The notes under the pieces are model-generated. The model searched no databases and had not been told where the DNA came from. It saw only the letters and a program-made list of their open reading frames with translations. This document shows, in pieces, positions 13,805-25,095 of a DNA stretch of 64,000 bases; positions within the stretch are counted from its first letter, which is position 1, and each line of letters begins with the position of its first letter. Source of the DNA: Tubiluchus corallicola (lineage: Eukaryota > Animalia > Priapulida); the NCBI GenBank assembly GCA_030141605.1, contig JAQGDQ010000152.1, forward strand, positions 124,001 to 188,000, read 5' to 3'. Made by a program: the position numbers and the translations under genes.

Positions 13805-13813
13805 ATGACAATG
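13805..13813 (+). CDS. NFI: NFI candidate first coding exon (MTM)
   Basis: ATGACAATG followed by a gtgagt donor, phase 0 onto DEFHPF; NFI genes typically have tiny first coding exons. Confidence 0.55.
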
Positions 13814-14431
13814 GTGAGTAATCTGAGCACATAGGCCTATTATATGATTTAGTTAATATTCTGTACGTCTTGCGTAATTCTTATTCCAGCCACTCCAAAT
13901 TATAAGAGCACCTCAAAATTGGTATCACTCTTATGTTACACTTACATTTGTGACTTCCGACGTTTTTTGCAGGGAAATTGTTGAACTTGGTGATGGAATT
14001 AGTAGCTAGTAGTAGGCAGAAAGTAATTTAACGTTGAAAGTTTAGTGGCCAGTGGGTGCACTGTTTGAATGCTAAATGCTGGGCGTTTTTTTAATACAAG
14101 TGTATTCAAAACGAGTCAGTGACTACTTAGAGTAATAGCTGAAGTAGTAAGGACAACACATGAGTTTATTGAAGCATTTACAAATAATGGATATCTGTTT
14201 TTAATGTGATGATTGTCATAGTAATAATAACAGTTGTGATAGTTATGGGAAGATTGCTGGACAGACAGGCGTGCTATTTGCAATATACAACTATAAGCTG
14301 GACATTTTTGGCGTACAGATTGAATTATTGGAGAGCTCCGGAAAAGCAAAAAAGTGTAGTAGCAGTGCATGATTTATTGAGTAGAGAGTCCACAATATCA
14401 AAATAAAATTTAATTCAAGTTTATTTGCCTG

Positions 14432-14446
14432 ATGCAGTTCAAGACG
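14432..14446 (+). CDS. NFI: NFI candidate alternative first coding exon (MQFKT)
   Basis: ATGCAGTTCAAGACG followed by a gtatgt donor, phase 0; in-frame TAA at 14411 upstream. Confidence 0.4.
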
Positions 14447-14633
14447 GTATGTTGTGTTGCTAGTTTACAACACAAGTCAAAATGAGGTGGAAATAAATAA
14501 AGGGACTGTTTTTTGCCTAAACAACAATACCCGTTTTGTGTGGTAATTGCTATTGCAAGCACAATCATTAGTAACGCATAAATGAAGCTGTTACTTACTT
14601 GCTTACTGATGTTTCAAATTCTATCTTTTTTAG

Positions 14634-14789
14634 GATGAATTTCATCCATTTATTGACGCCCTCCTGCCTCATGTGAAGTCGTTCGCTTACACGTGGTTCA
14701 ATCTACAGGCAGCCAAACGCAAATACTACAAGAAACACGAGAAGAGAATGTCTCAGGAAGAGGAGAGGAAATGCAAAGAGGAATTGCAG
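14634..14789 (+). CDS. NFI: NFI exon 2, start of DNA-binding domain ([40 protein letters not shown]...)
   Basis: tttag acceptor, gtgagg donor; near-identical to the canonical NFI N-terminus. Confidence 0.97.
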
Positions 14790-16206
14790 GTGAGGTGGCA
14801 GCATTATATCCAATTTGTCTATTTCATTATTCTTGAAAATATACAAATACGATTTTTTGGCTGTTCTTCAGGCTTTATGAAGTGATCATTAAGTAAATAA
14901 CGAATGTCAATGACGGATCTTAATCTTAAAACGTTTCAAACAACAAACAGGGTAGAAACGTATTGTATTATTAGACTAGGATGTAAAATGTTTTGATGCT
15001 ATTGGCAACAATATGTAAAATTACTACATCAATAAATTATATGCAAAGCCATCAATTTTTGAATTTAATAATGGATTATAAAAAGAAACAAGTTCTATTA
15101 AAAGGTTTAGGTTATAAAATGTTATAACTATGCCACATACATCTCCAGTGTGAGATTATACAATCAGTTTTACACAGGCAGAGCTTACTGTGCAGAAGTA
15201 TACTATTTATGTATTTACAAGGAAGCTAAAAAATGTAATGAATAAACAGACCTGTAGAGAAGAAAGAAATACAGAAAATTCTAGCTAAGTGTTTGTAAAC
15301 AAAGTTAACGGAATGTGCTACTTTGCACATTAAGAGAAGACTTATTAGGGTATGTTGATAAACTTTTTTTATTAATACGTCCCATTATTTTTAGCTTAGG
15401 TCGCAATACTGAAATTATTAAAATCAGTCTTATGCAAAAAAAGTTGTTTCTTTTTATAGTACTGTGAGTGCCTATATTTATAAGTTGACTAAAAATGGAT
15501 TATTAATTTTAATATGGTATGTTACTTTGATCAATAATTCAAGTTTATTTTTGACATAATGTGTAACACTGAATTCGTCTACTAAAGTTAACATATGTAA
15601 TAATTTGTAATAACTGTTTTAACGGTATCTATGATTTTTTTGGTGTATTGATCGGATGTCCTTACTTAGTTATATGATTCTGTGATTTACAATCTGAAAT
15701 TTGTCTTTATTAGTGAAGTATGCATGCCAGCTTTTGTTTGTTATCCCACTAAGATTAAACTTGTAGATTATAAGTGTCACAAACTCACAATCATCAATAA
15801 ATAGACTTCATTAGAAAGCGTGAAACATTGGACTTGGACTTGGGGACTGCTTTTATAAAAACTGTGCTAAGGATGGATAATATATCTAGGATATGCCAGT
15901 TAAAGGAAAAGCGGATGATTGTGTAAACATTAGTTCAGAATAAAGGATGCTCTAAAGTATTGAAAACTACAATAGCTTATTTTAAATCAAAGCTTAGATT
16001 AAATAATAATTACCTCGGATAATCAGATTTCGTTAAACTTTCAAAGTTACACTCGGCTCAATGAATCTACTGAGATTGGCAGCGGCCCCTTTTTGTCACA
16101 TTCGGACAAATAGAAGGCGGTACCATTATAAGCATGATCATGAACTTCAGTGTTAGTTTCTGACGTCATATGATCTAGAGCTCATTTTTCATGACATGAT
16201 GCATTT

Positions 16207-18354
16207 TGCGGTTGAAAACCTGAAAGACCAACAAAAAGCAAGGAGTTTTGAACTTGCACTTAGCAACAAATTTGAACCACTACTACAAGCCAACGATATT
16301 GAAGAACAGTGGAAAATATTCAAAGAAGCAGTAACAGCAGTTGCAGATGAACAGATCGGCAGAAGAAGGGGTAACAGAAAAGAAATGTGGATACAAGAAA
16401 AAACTTGGGAATTAATTGATGAAAGAAAGAAGACTAAGCAAATGAGAGACCAAGCAAAAACACTAGAAAGCAGGAGTCAAGCCAATGAGCAGTACCAACT
16501 GGCAGATAGAGCAGTAAAAAGACGTTGCAGGAGGGACAAGAACGAATGGTTTGAAAAGAAGGGTGAAGAAGCACAGTTAGCAGCCAGCCATAATGATACC
16601 AAGACTCTCTACAGAATTGTTAAAGATCTAACGGGAACAGGAGGCACCCCAGCTGTGCCAATCAAGAACAAAAGTGGTGTGACTCTCACAACAACAGAAC
16701 AGCAAAACGCACGATGGGTGGAACACTTCAAGGAAGTTCTCAACCAGCCAAACCCAACAACATTATTCAATTTTGAGAATGAAATTGGACAACAACAGCT
16801 AGATGTAAGATTGGACAACATCAGTGAACTGGAAGTCGAAACTGCCATCAAAAAACTAAAGAACAACAAAGCAGCTGGAGAGGACCAAATAACAGCTGAG
16901 CTCCTGAAACACGGTAATAAAGGGATAACACGATCAATGACAAAGCTCCTGAACAGCTGCTGGGAACAACAAAAGGTCCCCGAAGATTGGAGAAATGGAG
17001 TCATCGTGAAGTTGCCTAAAAAGGGAACCTGACAGATTGCAATAATTGGAGAGGAATAACTCTGATGTCAATACCTGGAAAAGTCCTGAGTATAGTGCTG
17101 CTAGATCGGTTGAGAGATGCTGTTGATATAAGACTAAGAGAACAACAAGCTGGATTTAGAAAAGGAAGATCATGCTGTGAACAGATATTCACTCTCAGAA
17201 ACATCATTGAGCAATGTATGGAATTCCAACAGCCCTTATTAATCAATTTTATTGATTTCAAGAAGGCTTTTGACTCTGTTCACAGGCAGTCTCTATGGAA
17301 AATTGCTTCTCTGTATGGTATCCCACAGAAATTCATTTCAACCATCCAGAACTTTTACCAAAACAGCGGCTGTTGTATAAGAACACAAGAGGGAAACACC
17401 GAGTATTTCACCATCGAAACTGGAGTTAAGCAGGGTTGCATTATGTCGCCATTCCTGTTCCTACTGACGATTGATTTCATCATGAACAAGGCGGTTGATG
17501 GTAAAGATCTAGGAATGCAATGGAAACAACAACAACGATTGGCAGATCTGGACTTTGCTGACGATATAGCTCTTCTGGAAACATCAAAAGAAAGCCTGCA
17601 ACAACTGACCACAAGTATGGAAGAAGTAGCGGGAAAAATTGGATTGAGAATTTAGTCAAGAAAAGACCAAAGTTTTGAAAGTGTGGACAAACCAACAGAA
17701 TGATGTACATATAACAGTGGGAGGCAAATATTAAGAATGTTACCAGTTTTTCATATCTGGGCAGTGTGATGACCTGTAATGGAGGTACAGAAAATGACAT
17801 CAGGGGGAGAATCGGCAAAGCAACAGCAGTATTTAGGAAGATGGGAAAAATCTGGACAAGCAAGAAAATTGACATGAAAATCAAACTTCGTCTGTACAAC
17901 GCCATTGTGCTGCCAACGGCTCTCTATGCCAGCGAAACCTGGAAAGTCACAGCGGAGTTATCAAAGAAACTGAACGTCTTCCACCAAAAATGCCTTCGAA
18001 AGATACTAAAAATCTCCTACCGCGACCATGTCACCAATGTTGAAGTTCTTCAACGAGCGCAGTCATTGCGGTTACAAGATATAGTTACAGAGAGAAGAAT
18101 GAAACTGGCTGGACATATTCTCCGTCTATCAGAAAGTCGCTATGCCAAAACAGCAGTACAGTGGGAACCACCTGGTGGGAAACGAAAAAGAGGTCGGCCA
18201 AAAACAACGTGGCGCAGATCCTTCAAAGAAGACCTTCGAGCTGTCAACAGACGTTGGGAAAACGTAGAGAACGAAGCCGCCGATAGAACTCAGTGGAAAA
18301 TGCTGTCTGCCCAATGTGCATCAATGCGCAGGAAGGACTAAGGTCTAAGGTAAG
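16207..18354 (+). mobile_element. 5'-truncated RTE-clade non-LTR retrotransposon (reverse transcriptase ORF, frameshifted) in NFI intron 2
   Basis: ORFs 16196-17032, 17065-17655 and 17766-18341 give KAAGEDQI, QAGFRKGRSC, FIDFKKAFDSV, GVKQGCIMSP, LDFADDIAL and the RTE C-terminal GKRKRGRPKTTW; (TAAGG)-type tail; TSD GATGCATTT at 16198-16206 and 18355-18363; endonuclease domain absent. Confidence 0.95.
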
Positions 18355-18754
18355 GATGCATTTAAGCAGTACTGTAACACCTATGCAAATGTGCTTGATA
18401 GGGAAGACGCCTGCCATTGCACAAACTGTGGTTAATTTCTGACGTAAGCAATAGCTGTGTTCGGTTGCCGTTAATTAACTTTCTAAGCTAATTATTCAAA
18501 TATAAGGAACAGTTGTTAACTTTTATAGGCAAGAGAATGTATATTTTGGACAGTTAATTAAAAATGAGATTGAGTCTAAACAATCGTCCGCTCTTCCTTT
18601 GACAAGTTCTTAGTCAGTGCAGTGAGCAGCAGTTGACTTAACACAGGCACTGCTACTAGCCAAAGCAGTGTGAAGGCACAAAATGTTTAACAATCACCTG
18701 TTGTAGCCTATTAGAAAATGCACGAACAACTTTTAAGCCTAAAGTATTGATATG

Positions 18755-18840
18755 TCTTGGGCCGCACTTTCATTACGTTGACAAACCTCTTTGCGGGCCG
18801 CACAAGATCTCTCGGCGGGCCGCAGTTTGCACACCCTTGC
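18755..18840. mobile_element. hAT/Charlie-like transposon end fragment
   Basis: Repeated gcgggccgca followed by gtttgcacaccctt, typical of hAT MITE termini; the other end was not found. Confidence 0.4.
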
Positions 18841-19830
18841 ACTAACTAGTCATCTATATATATGGTGAACATATGGTAGTTCCTAGCACAAACTATTTGT
18901 TGTGTAGTTCTGATTGGTTTACAATAACAAGAAGGATGTCGCTAGTGACACCTGTACATGATTAAGTAAAGCGTTGGCTAATGCTTCTGCACAGCTCTTA
19001 TTTGCAAGCAAAATTTTTTGGCTGTTTTTTTTTTGCAGTTTGTCTGGCTTCGAGTGTTTGGCAGCGTTTGTGCGTGTTTGTACTTGTTTGTTGGTTTACC
19101 TCGTAGTAAACGCGTGCAACACGACAGCAATTTTTCACTTTCTTGTACAGTTTGCCTTTCTCTTTCACATGATTAATATATCTTTGGCAATTGGCGGGCT
19201 CAGTCTTCTCTGGCTTCAAGCATTTTCAGTCAAGATGTTATTTGGCTTCTCGGTAATCACCTGATGTCTGTTTGCTTGTCTGTCTTTCTCCTTCAAGTTG
19301 ATCATTGACTTTGTACGTTTTCGCAGAATGAGTCAAAATAATCAACTGTTTTCAAAATTTAAACATTTCGAGATGAGGGGAATAACTCAGCGGCTTGGCT
19401 TGATCATTAACATTGTTGATCCTGATTATTTTAAATGGACAAGTGACCATCAGGAATCTACCATACTGTTGCTATTCTTGTCATTGGGATGAATATAGTC
19501 CTCCGAGTATGCAAAGACATCTCTGTGGGTTTGGTATGAGAACGAGTTAGGTTCCAGTTCTTCCACAATTATTTACATATTTGCATTCAGCAGGCTTTTT
19601 CTTGCAGAGTGGCTGAACTTTATATAAAAAAAAGATAATTTCCGTGTTATGCAAAGCACTTCCATCCACGAAGTGGAAATAAATTGTTTAATATGGGACT
19701 TTGGTTAAATTAACTAGAGCCCGCATGGTTAGCTTTATATAACTAGTCTGCTATTGAAAAAATTGAAAAGAAAGAAAAGGATGACTAGTGTAACGACATT
19801 AACTATGATGGCTGTGTTAATTTATTAATA

Positions 19831-20145
19831 ACACGGTTTGTGTCCGTAGTGTAATGGATAAGGCAGCAGTTAACTGACTTTCCAGCTATGTGTTCCAGCT
19901 AAAAAAAATTATATGCAAAGTGTACTTACTAAAAAAACATGGCTTGTGTCCGTAGTGTAATGGATAAGGCAGCATTTAACTGATTTGCCAGGTCTTGATT
20001 TAGACTACAAGGACTATGCACAAAATTTACTTATTAAAAGCATGGCTTGTGTCTGTGGTGTAATGGATAAGGCAGCGGTTAACTGATTTTCCAGCTTTCG
20101 GTTCTGGGGCCAAAAATTGTGTGCAATTATATGCAAAGTGCACTT
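19831..20145 (+). repeat. Three diverged copies of an about 105-bp unit with a tRNA-like 5' half
   Basis: gtgtccgtagtgtaatggataaggcagc..ttaactga recurs near 19840, 19946 and 20049. Confidence 0.7.
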
Positions 20146-20779
20146 GTGTTCTGTCATGATTGAGTGCCCGTCGGTCAGTTTAGCTTCTACTGATTCCTCG
20201 TGCCTCATGAACATTGGCAAGCATTTCTGTACTATTAAAATCTGTACTAGTGGTGGTGGTATTGGTGGTGGTTCTAGTGGCGGCAGCAACAGCAGCAGTT
20301 TATTGACTAATACTTTGTAATATTAAATAACATTATGTCGGGTAACTCCAAAGATTAGTCCAGAATAACAAAGCTAGTTTGCCATAAATGCATCCACATA
20401 ATGATAAACAGGACAAGATCCATAACATACTTACAAGAATGCGAAAAAACGTTAATAATATTAACTAATTACTCTTAGAGAGAGTGTTTTCTAGCCTCTT
20501 AGAGTGACAGTTGTGATTTGTGTGACGAGAAAAATGGTATTGTCGGTTTAAAGAGACTTGAGATTCTATCGAAGCAAGTACCTAATAATGGTAGTATCAT
20601 TTCATGCATTAAGAACAAGATTGGCACCGAGTGTGTTATCATTAAATCATAAATTCTCACTAAATTCATGTTATGCAGCAAAAAAAGCTATTCATTAATT
20701 ATGAAGTGAAATCACAAATTGTGAGTTTTGGAAAACATCCTTGACTAAAATGAAGGATATGTAAAAGAGTCTTGAGGTA

Positions 20780-20846
20780 GTCTGAATTCGAACCAGGGAA
20801 CTTTTGATTACATCCTACACTGCAAACGCAAGACCACACAGCCACT
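20780..20846 (-). mobile_element. tRNA-derived SINE head (degenerate)
   Basis: Minus strand gtggctgtgtggt (A-box-like) ... ggttcgaattc (B-box-like) at tRNA-like spacing; no complete cloverleaf. Confidence 0.4.
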
Positions 20847-21302
20847 TGTTATTGTAGTCATATCCTTGTTCAGTGTAGATTTTCCTACATTTTATTCTTT
20901 CGTGGGAAGTTTGCTTTTGTTTGTGAGTTTGTTTCATTCCTTTATGATGATTTTTTTCCAATTTTTATTTCAGCTTGTTACCAGAGCTGAGCAGTTTGAT
21001 AGCAGTGATTTTCCCAGCTTTAATGATTATCAAACTTTTTGTTTCTTTGCTGGCTCATTTCCTGTTTAAGTACATCCATAACAATTACAGTAATGTAGTT
21101 CTGTTATTGTTTTGTATCCCTTATGTTTACAAATCCTATCTTGCCAATTGGTGTGCCCCTGTTTGTTATCACCATTTTGTCGTCTTTGTATCTATTTGCA
21201 TTTGGGGAAGTAAAACTGAATTAAATTGAATTCAGACTTACTGGATACTTGTATGAGGTGGCTAGATATGTATTCTACAGTTGTTTAATTATTTGCTTAC
21301 AG

Positions 21303-21408
21303 TGTGAAAAAAATGAGGTAAAACAAAAGTGGGCGTCGCGGTTACTGGGGAAATTACGCAAAGACATAATTCAAGAGAGTCGAGAGCATTTTGTTCACGC
21401 TATTCAAG
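21303..21408 (+). CDS. NFI: NFI exon 3 ([22 protein letters not shown]...)
   Basis: ttacag acceptor, gtatta donor; KQKWASRLL motif. Confidence 0.95.
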
Positions 21409-21714
21409 GTATTATTTAATTTCAATATTGATTAGTAAATTTGTAAGTTTTACGTGTTCCCCTTTTGTAACTTTTCTTCCCGTGTTCTTCCAAAGTTGGT
21501 TGTTTCACAAGTTGTGTGTCTTATGAACTGTCACTGTTTTAGCCTGTGCGAAGTGAAAACTTGCTTGTGAACATGATGTCTTTGTACAAGGAGTGCTTTT
21601 TAAAAGTTTATTGCAAAGTTTGTCAAAGTATTAGGGTGTTGGGCTATGCTAAATGGTTTACCTGTTTGAAGTACTTCCTGCTGCTTTTAATATTTTAAGT
21701 GTTTTTCATTTAAG

Positions 21715-21839
21715 GTAAAATGCCACATGTTTGTGTACTCAGCAACGCTGACCAAAAAGGCAAAATGCGAAGGATCGACTGTCTACGACAAGCAGACAAG
21801 GTGTGGCGCTTGGACCTGGTCATGGTTATACTTTTTAGG
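21715..21839 (+). CDS. NFI: NFI exon 4 ([36 protein letters not shown])
   Basis: tttaag acceptor, gtgagt donor; invariant NFI MH1-like core. Confidence 0.97.
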
Positions 21840-21951
21840 GTGAGTCACTCTGAGTCACTAAGAAGTTGTAACATATCATTCACTGATTTAGTATTTTGAG
21901 TGCTTTTGCTCGAATGCAGTATTTCTGTATTACAGCATCGGTGCTATATTG

Positions 21952-22437
21952 TGTTCTTATGGTCAGGGAAAATCCTGGAAATTCTTGAAAGGGCAGGCTA
22001 TCCTGGAAAGTCAGGGAAAAATAATTTGACAAAAATTCAGTGAAAATGATGAAAATTGGGCGAAAAGTCAGGGAAATCGGAAAGGGTTGCAAAAAATAGT
22101 CACTGTGAACCGATGTTTTTGCAAACGCTTTTTCAGTGATTCGTGTTTAAATAAAATTTTACTATGGGAGGCTCCCAGTTTCGATTTTTGTTCCAAAAAT
22201 AGATTGGATTAAAAAAGTTTATTTAATGTATTAGCGTAATTTTGTTAGCGCTACTGCAACTGTGTAGACACATTATATATATCAGTACATGTATGCATGT
22301 TGATACACAAAAATGTTTGAATATGTGTACTGGTAATACAATTTCTGCTTATCTTGGTCATGGAAAATCAATATTTGATCAGGGAAAAATCATGGAAAAG
22401 TCAGGGAAATTTATTTTAAAATTCTGCGGGAACCCTG
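21952..22437. mobile_element. hAT-like MITE with repeated GTCAGGGAA subterminal motifs
   Basis: Several (g)tcagggaa copies near both ends; right terminus gggaaccctg; left terminus degenerate. Confidence 0.55.
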
Positions 22438-22596
22438 TTTGCTATCAAAATGTATTTTTTTGGCATTTTGTGACTTATTGGTAAACTAGGTTTTCTATTG
22501 AACATCATGTTAAATTGACTTTGTTTCAAGCTTTTCTCAAAGCAGAGCAGGGGCAAGTAAAGTAGCACTGAATAATGCAGAACTGGCAGAATTCAG

Positions 22597-22669
22597 CATG
22601 GTCAATAGACAAGAGCACTAACACCCGGCCACATGGTCAATAGACAAGAGCACTAACACCAGGCCACAT
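22597..22669. repeat. 35-bp tandem duplication
   Basis: catggtcaatagacaagagcactaacacc(c/a)ggcca x2. Confidence 0.85.
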
Positions 22670-22706
22670 AATTAATTTAAGTGTACATGTGTTATTATCG
22701 TTTTAG

Positions 22707-22851
22707 GGTGTGCCACTGGAGAGCACGGACGGTGAACGCTTGGAGAAATCACCTTACTGTATGAATTCTTTCCTCTGCGTCAATCCGTACCATGTGAATA
22801 TTTCTGTGCGGGAGCTCGACTTGTACTTGTCAAACTACATTATAAGCCGAC
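22707..22851 (+). CDS. NFI: NFI exon 5 ([18 protein letters not shown]...[19 protein letters not shown])
   Basis: ttttag acceptor, gtaagt donor; [10 protein letters not shown] motif. Confidence 0.97.
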
Positions 22852-22899
22852 GTAAGTTTATTCTGAGTTAGAGCTGCATAACAGCATTGAATAGAACAA

Positions 22900-24015
22900 G
22901 GTGGAGTAGAATTAAGTATGCAATAGGGCAGAGTAGAGTACTGTAGAGTGGAATAGAGTAGACTGGGCAATAAGGTAGAGTAGAGTACAATAGAATAGAC
23001 TGGGCAGTAAGGTAGGATAGAGTACAATAGAGTAGACTGGGCAGTAAGGTAGAGTGGAGTAGAGTAGAGTAGAGCAAAGCAAAGCATAGAATAGAGTAGA
23101 GTACGGTAGAGTAGAGTAGACTGCGCAGTAAGGTAGGGTAGAGTACAATAGAGTAGACTGGGCAGTAAGGTAGGATAGAGTACAATAGAGTAGACTGGGC
23201 AGTAAGGTAGAGTAGAATAGAGTAGAGTAGAGCAAAGCAGAGCAAAGCATAGAATAGAGTAGAGTACAGTAGAGTAGAGTAGACTGCGCAGTAAGGTAGG
23301 GTAGAGTACAATAGAGTAGACTAGGCAGTAAGGTAGAGTGGAGCCGAGCATAGCAGAGTAGAGCAAAGCATAGAATAGAGTAGAGTAAATAGAATAGACT
23401 GTGCAGTAAGGTAGGACAGAGTACAATAGAGTAGACTAGCCAGTAAGGTAGAGTAGAATAGAGTAGAGTAGAGCAAAGCAAAGCATAGAATAGAGTAGAC
23501 TAGGCAGTAAGGTAGGTTAGAGTACAATAGAGTAGACTAGGCAGTAAGGTAGAGTAGAGCAAAGCAAAACATAGAATAGAGTAGAGTACATTAGAGTAGA
23601 CTGGGCAGTAGAGTAGAGTAGAGCAAAACAAAGCAAAGCCTAGAGTAGAGTAAGGTGTAGTAGAGTAGACTGGGCAGTAAGGTAGGTTGGAGCCGAGCAT
23701 AGCAGAGTAGAGCAAAGCAGAGCTGAGCCGAGCCGAACAACGTAGAGTAGAGCATTGGGTGTAGTAGGGTAAAATAATAAGATAGCTTAGGGTTCAAGGA
23801 AAAGGAAGAAGAAAGATACAGAACATAGAGTAGAGTAGGAGTAGAGTGGAATAGTATACAGGAGAGTAGGATAGGGTTAGAGTAGAATAGAAAAAAAGGA
23901 GAGGGGAGAAGAGTGAAAGGGCATTTTGGGAGTTGATGAAGAACAGAGTTGGGTCGGGTAGAGTAGGTTAAAATAGGACAAGAGAGTAGAGTATGGTAGA
24001 GTAGAACAGAGTAAA
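22900..24015. repeat. Complex (TAGAG)n-derived satellite with higher-order gtagactgggcagtaaggtag units
   Basis: Directly visible; explains the spurious YSTL-rich minus-strand ORFs at 22830-24049. Confidence 0.9.
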
Positions 24016-25032
24016 CTCTACTTTTAATTAATTTAAAGTTGTGACACAAAGTTGAGAAGATATTTTAAAGTAGCATATTATTTCAAAGGGTTAGCCTCTT
24101 ACTTCACTTTGCTACAGCAGTCCTCAAGCTAAATATTCTCTAAGTGGTTTAGACCAATGGTTTTTTGGTTTAGCTTTTTAGAATTGATATAGCATTAGGA
24201 CTTGGTTTTAATTTTTTTAACATTCTCATGAGCATACAGAGTTTTTAAATACATCGTACAGCACAGTCTAGATTCTAAAAAAGTGTGGGCTAAACTATAT
24301 ATACTGTATATACAGTTTGTGTTAGTAGGTGGGCTTTTTTAAAAAGTCGGTTATCAAGTGCTAAATTTATTCATTCAAATCAGTCTATTACACTTGTATG
24401 TATAACAAGTGAATTGTGTTGAAACATGTATAACTTGTTTAACCCTATGTTGTTGCTTTTTAACTGGGTCGCATTGACTTTTGCACAGTTGACAACAACT
24501 TCTTGTGGTGTGTTACTAAAAGAGAATCTTCTAAAAAAACACGTAGTTGTTCGTTATTGAGTACTAATATTAAATATTAGTTTATTTATACACATTCATG
24601 CACACCCTCATAAAGAAGCATGTATTTATATTTAGAAATCAGTTTTCACAAACGACACAAAACTAATCCATAACATGCAATCATTTTATATTAATGCAGA
24701 ACAATCAACTAAACACATGTTTCATCAACGATCTACAAGTGATTTTGTGTGGAAACATACCTTACAGTACTGTATTATGGAATGCACATGGCTTCAGATG
24801 CTGATTGGCTGGTTACTTGTTGCAAAGCAACCCCAATCCCACAGCTGTTAAACTTTTTTACAATGTTTTGCATGGCTGTAGCAGTGAAATAAACAGACCT
24901 GGGTGACTGAGCGTGGGCGACAGTCTACCGCATTCCGTCACTTGCGTGAAAGTGTTAATGCTGTGTGAACATGCATTGTGGCTTTTGATGGTTTCTGTAG
25001 AGGTTATTAAGCTGTTTTGTTTTTTCTTTTAG

Positions 25033-25095
25033 AGCGGCCGAATGTCCACAGCGATGGTGTACATCATAATACTGATGATGATGAAGAAATGTTAA
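25033..25095 (+). CDS. NFI: NFI exon 6 (QRPNVHSDGVHHNTDDDEEML)
   Basis: Strong pyrimidine tract plus ag, gtaagt donor, phase 1-1, 63 nt. Confidence 0.75.
   Translation, partial: SGRMSTAMVYIIILMMMKKC

Noticed and set aside
13200-14000. NFI autoregulatory site in its own promoter
   Set aside because: Only half-sites (ttggc, gccaa) were seen; no complete TTGGC(N5)GCCAA palindrome was found by eye.
16196-16210. ATG start of the 278-aa LINE ORF
   Set aside because: The ATGs lie in host flank and TSD sequence; the element is 5'-truncated, so this is not its native start.
18974-19560. Short ORFs in NFI intron 2
   Set aside because: No recognisable domain or compatible splice phase; possibly a decayed transposon but unsupported.
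22830-24049. Multiple YSTL-rich minus-strand ORFs
   Set aside because: Translations of the TAGAG satellite in all frames.
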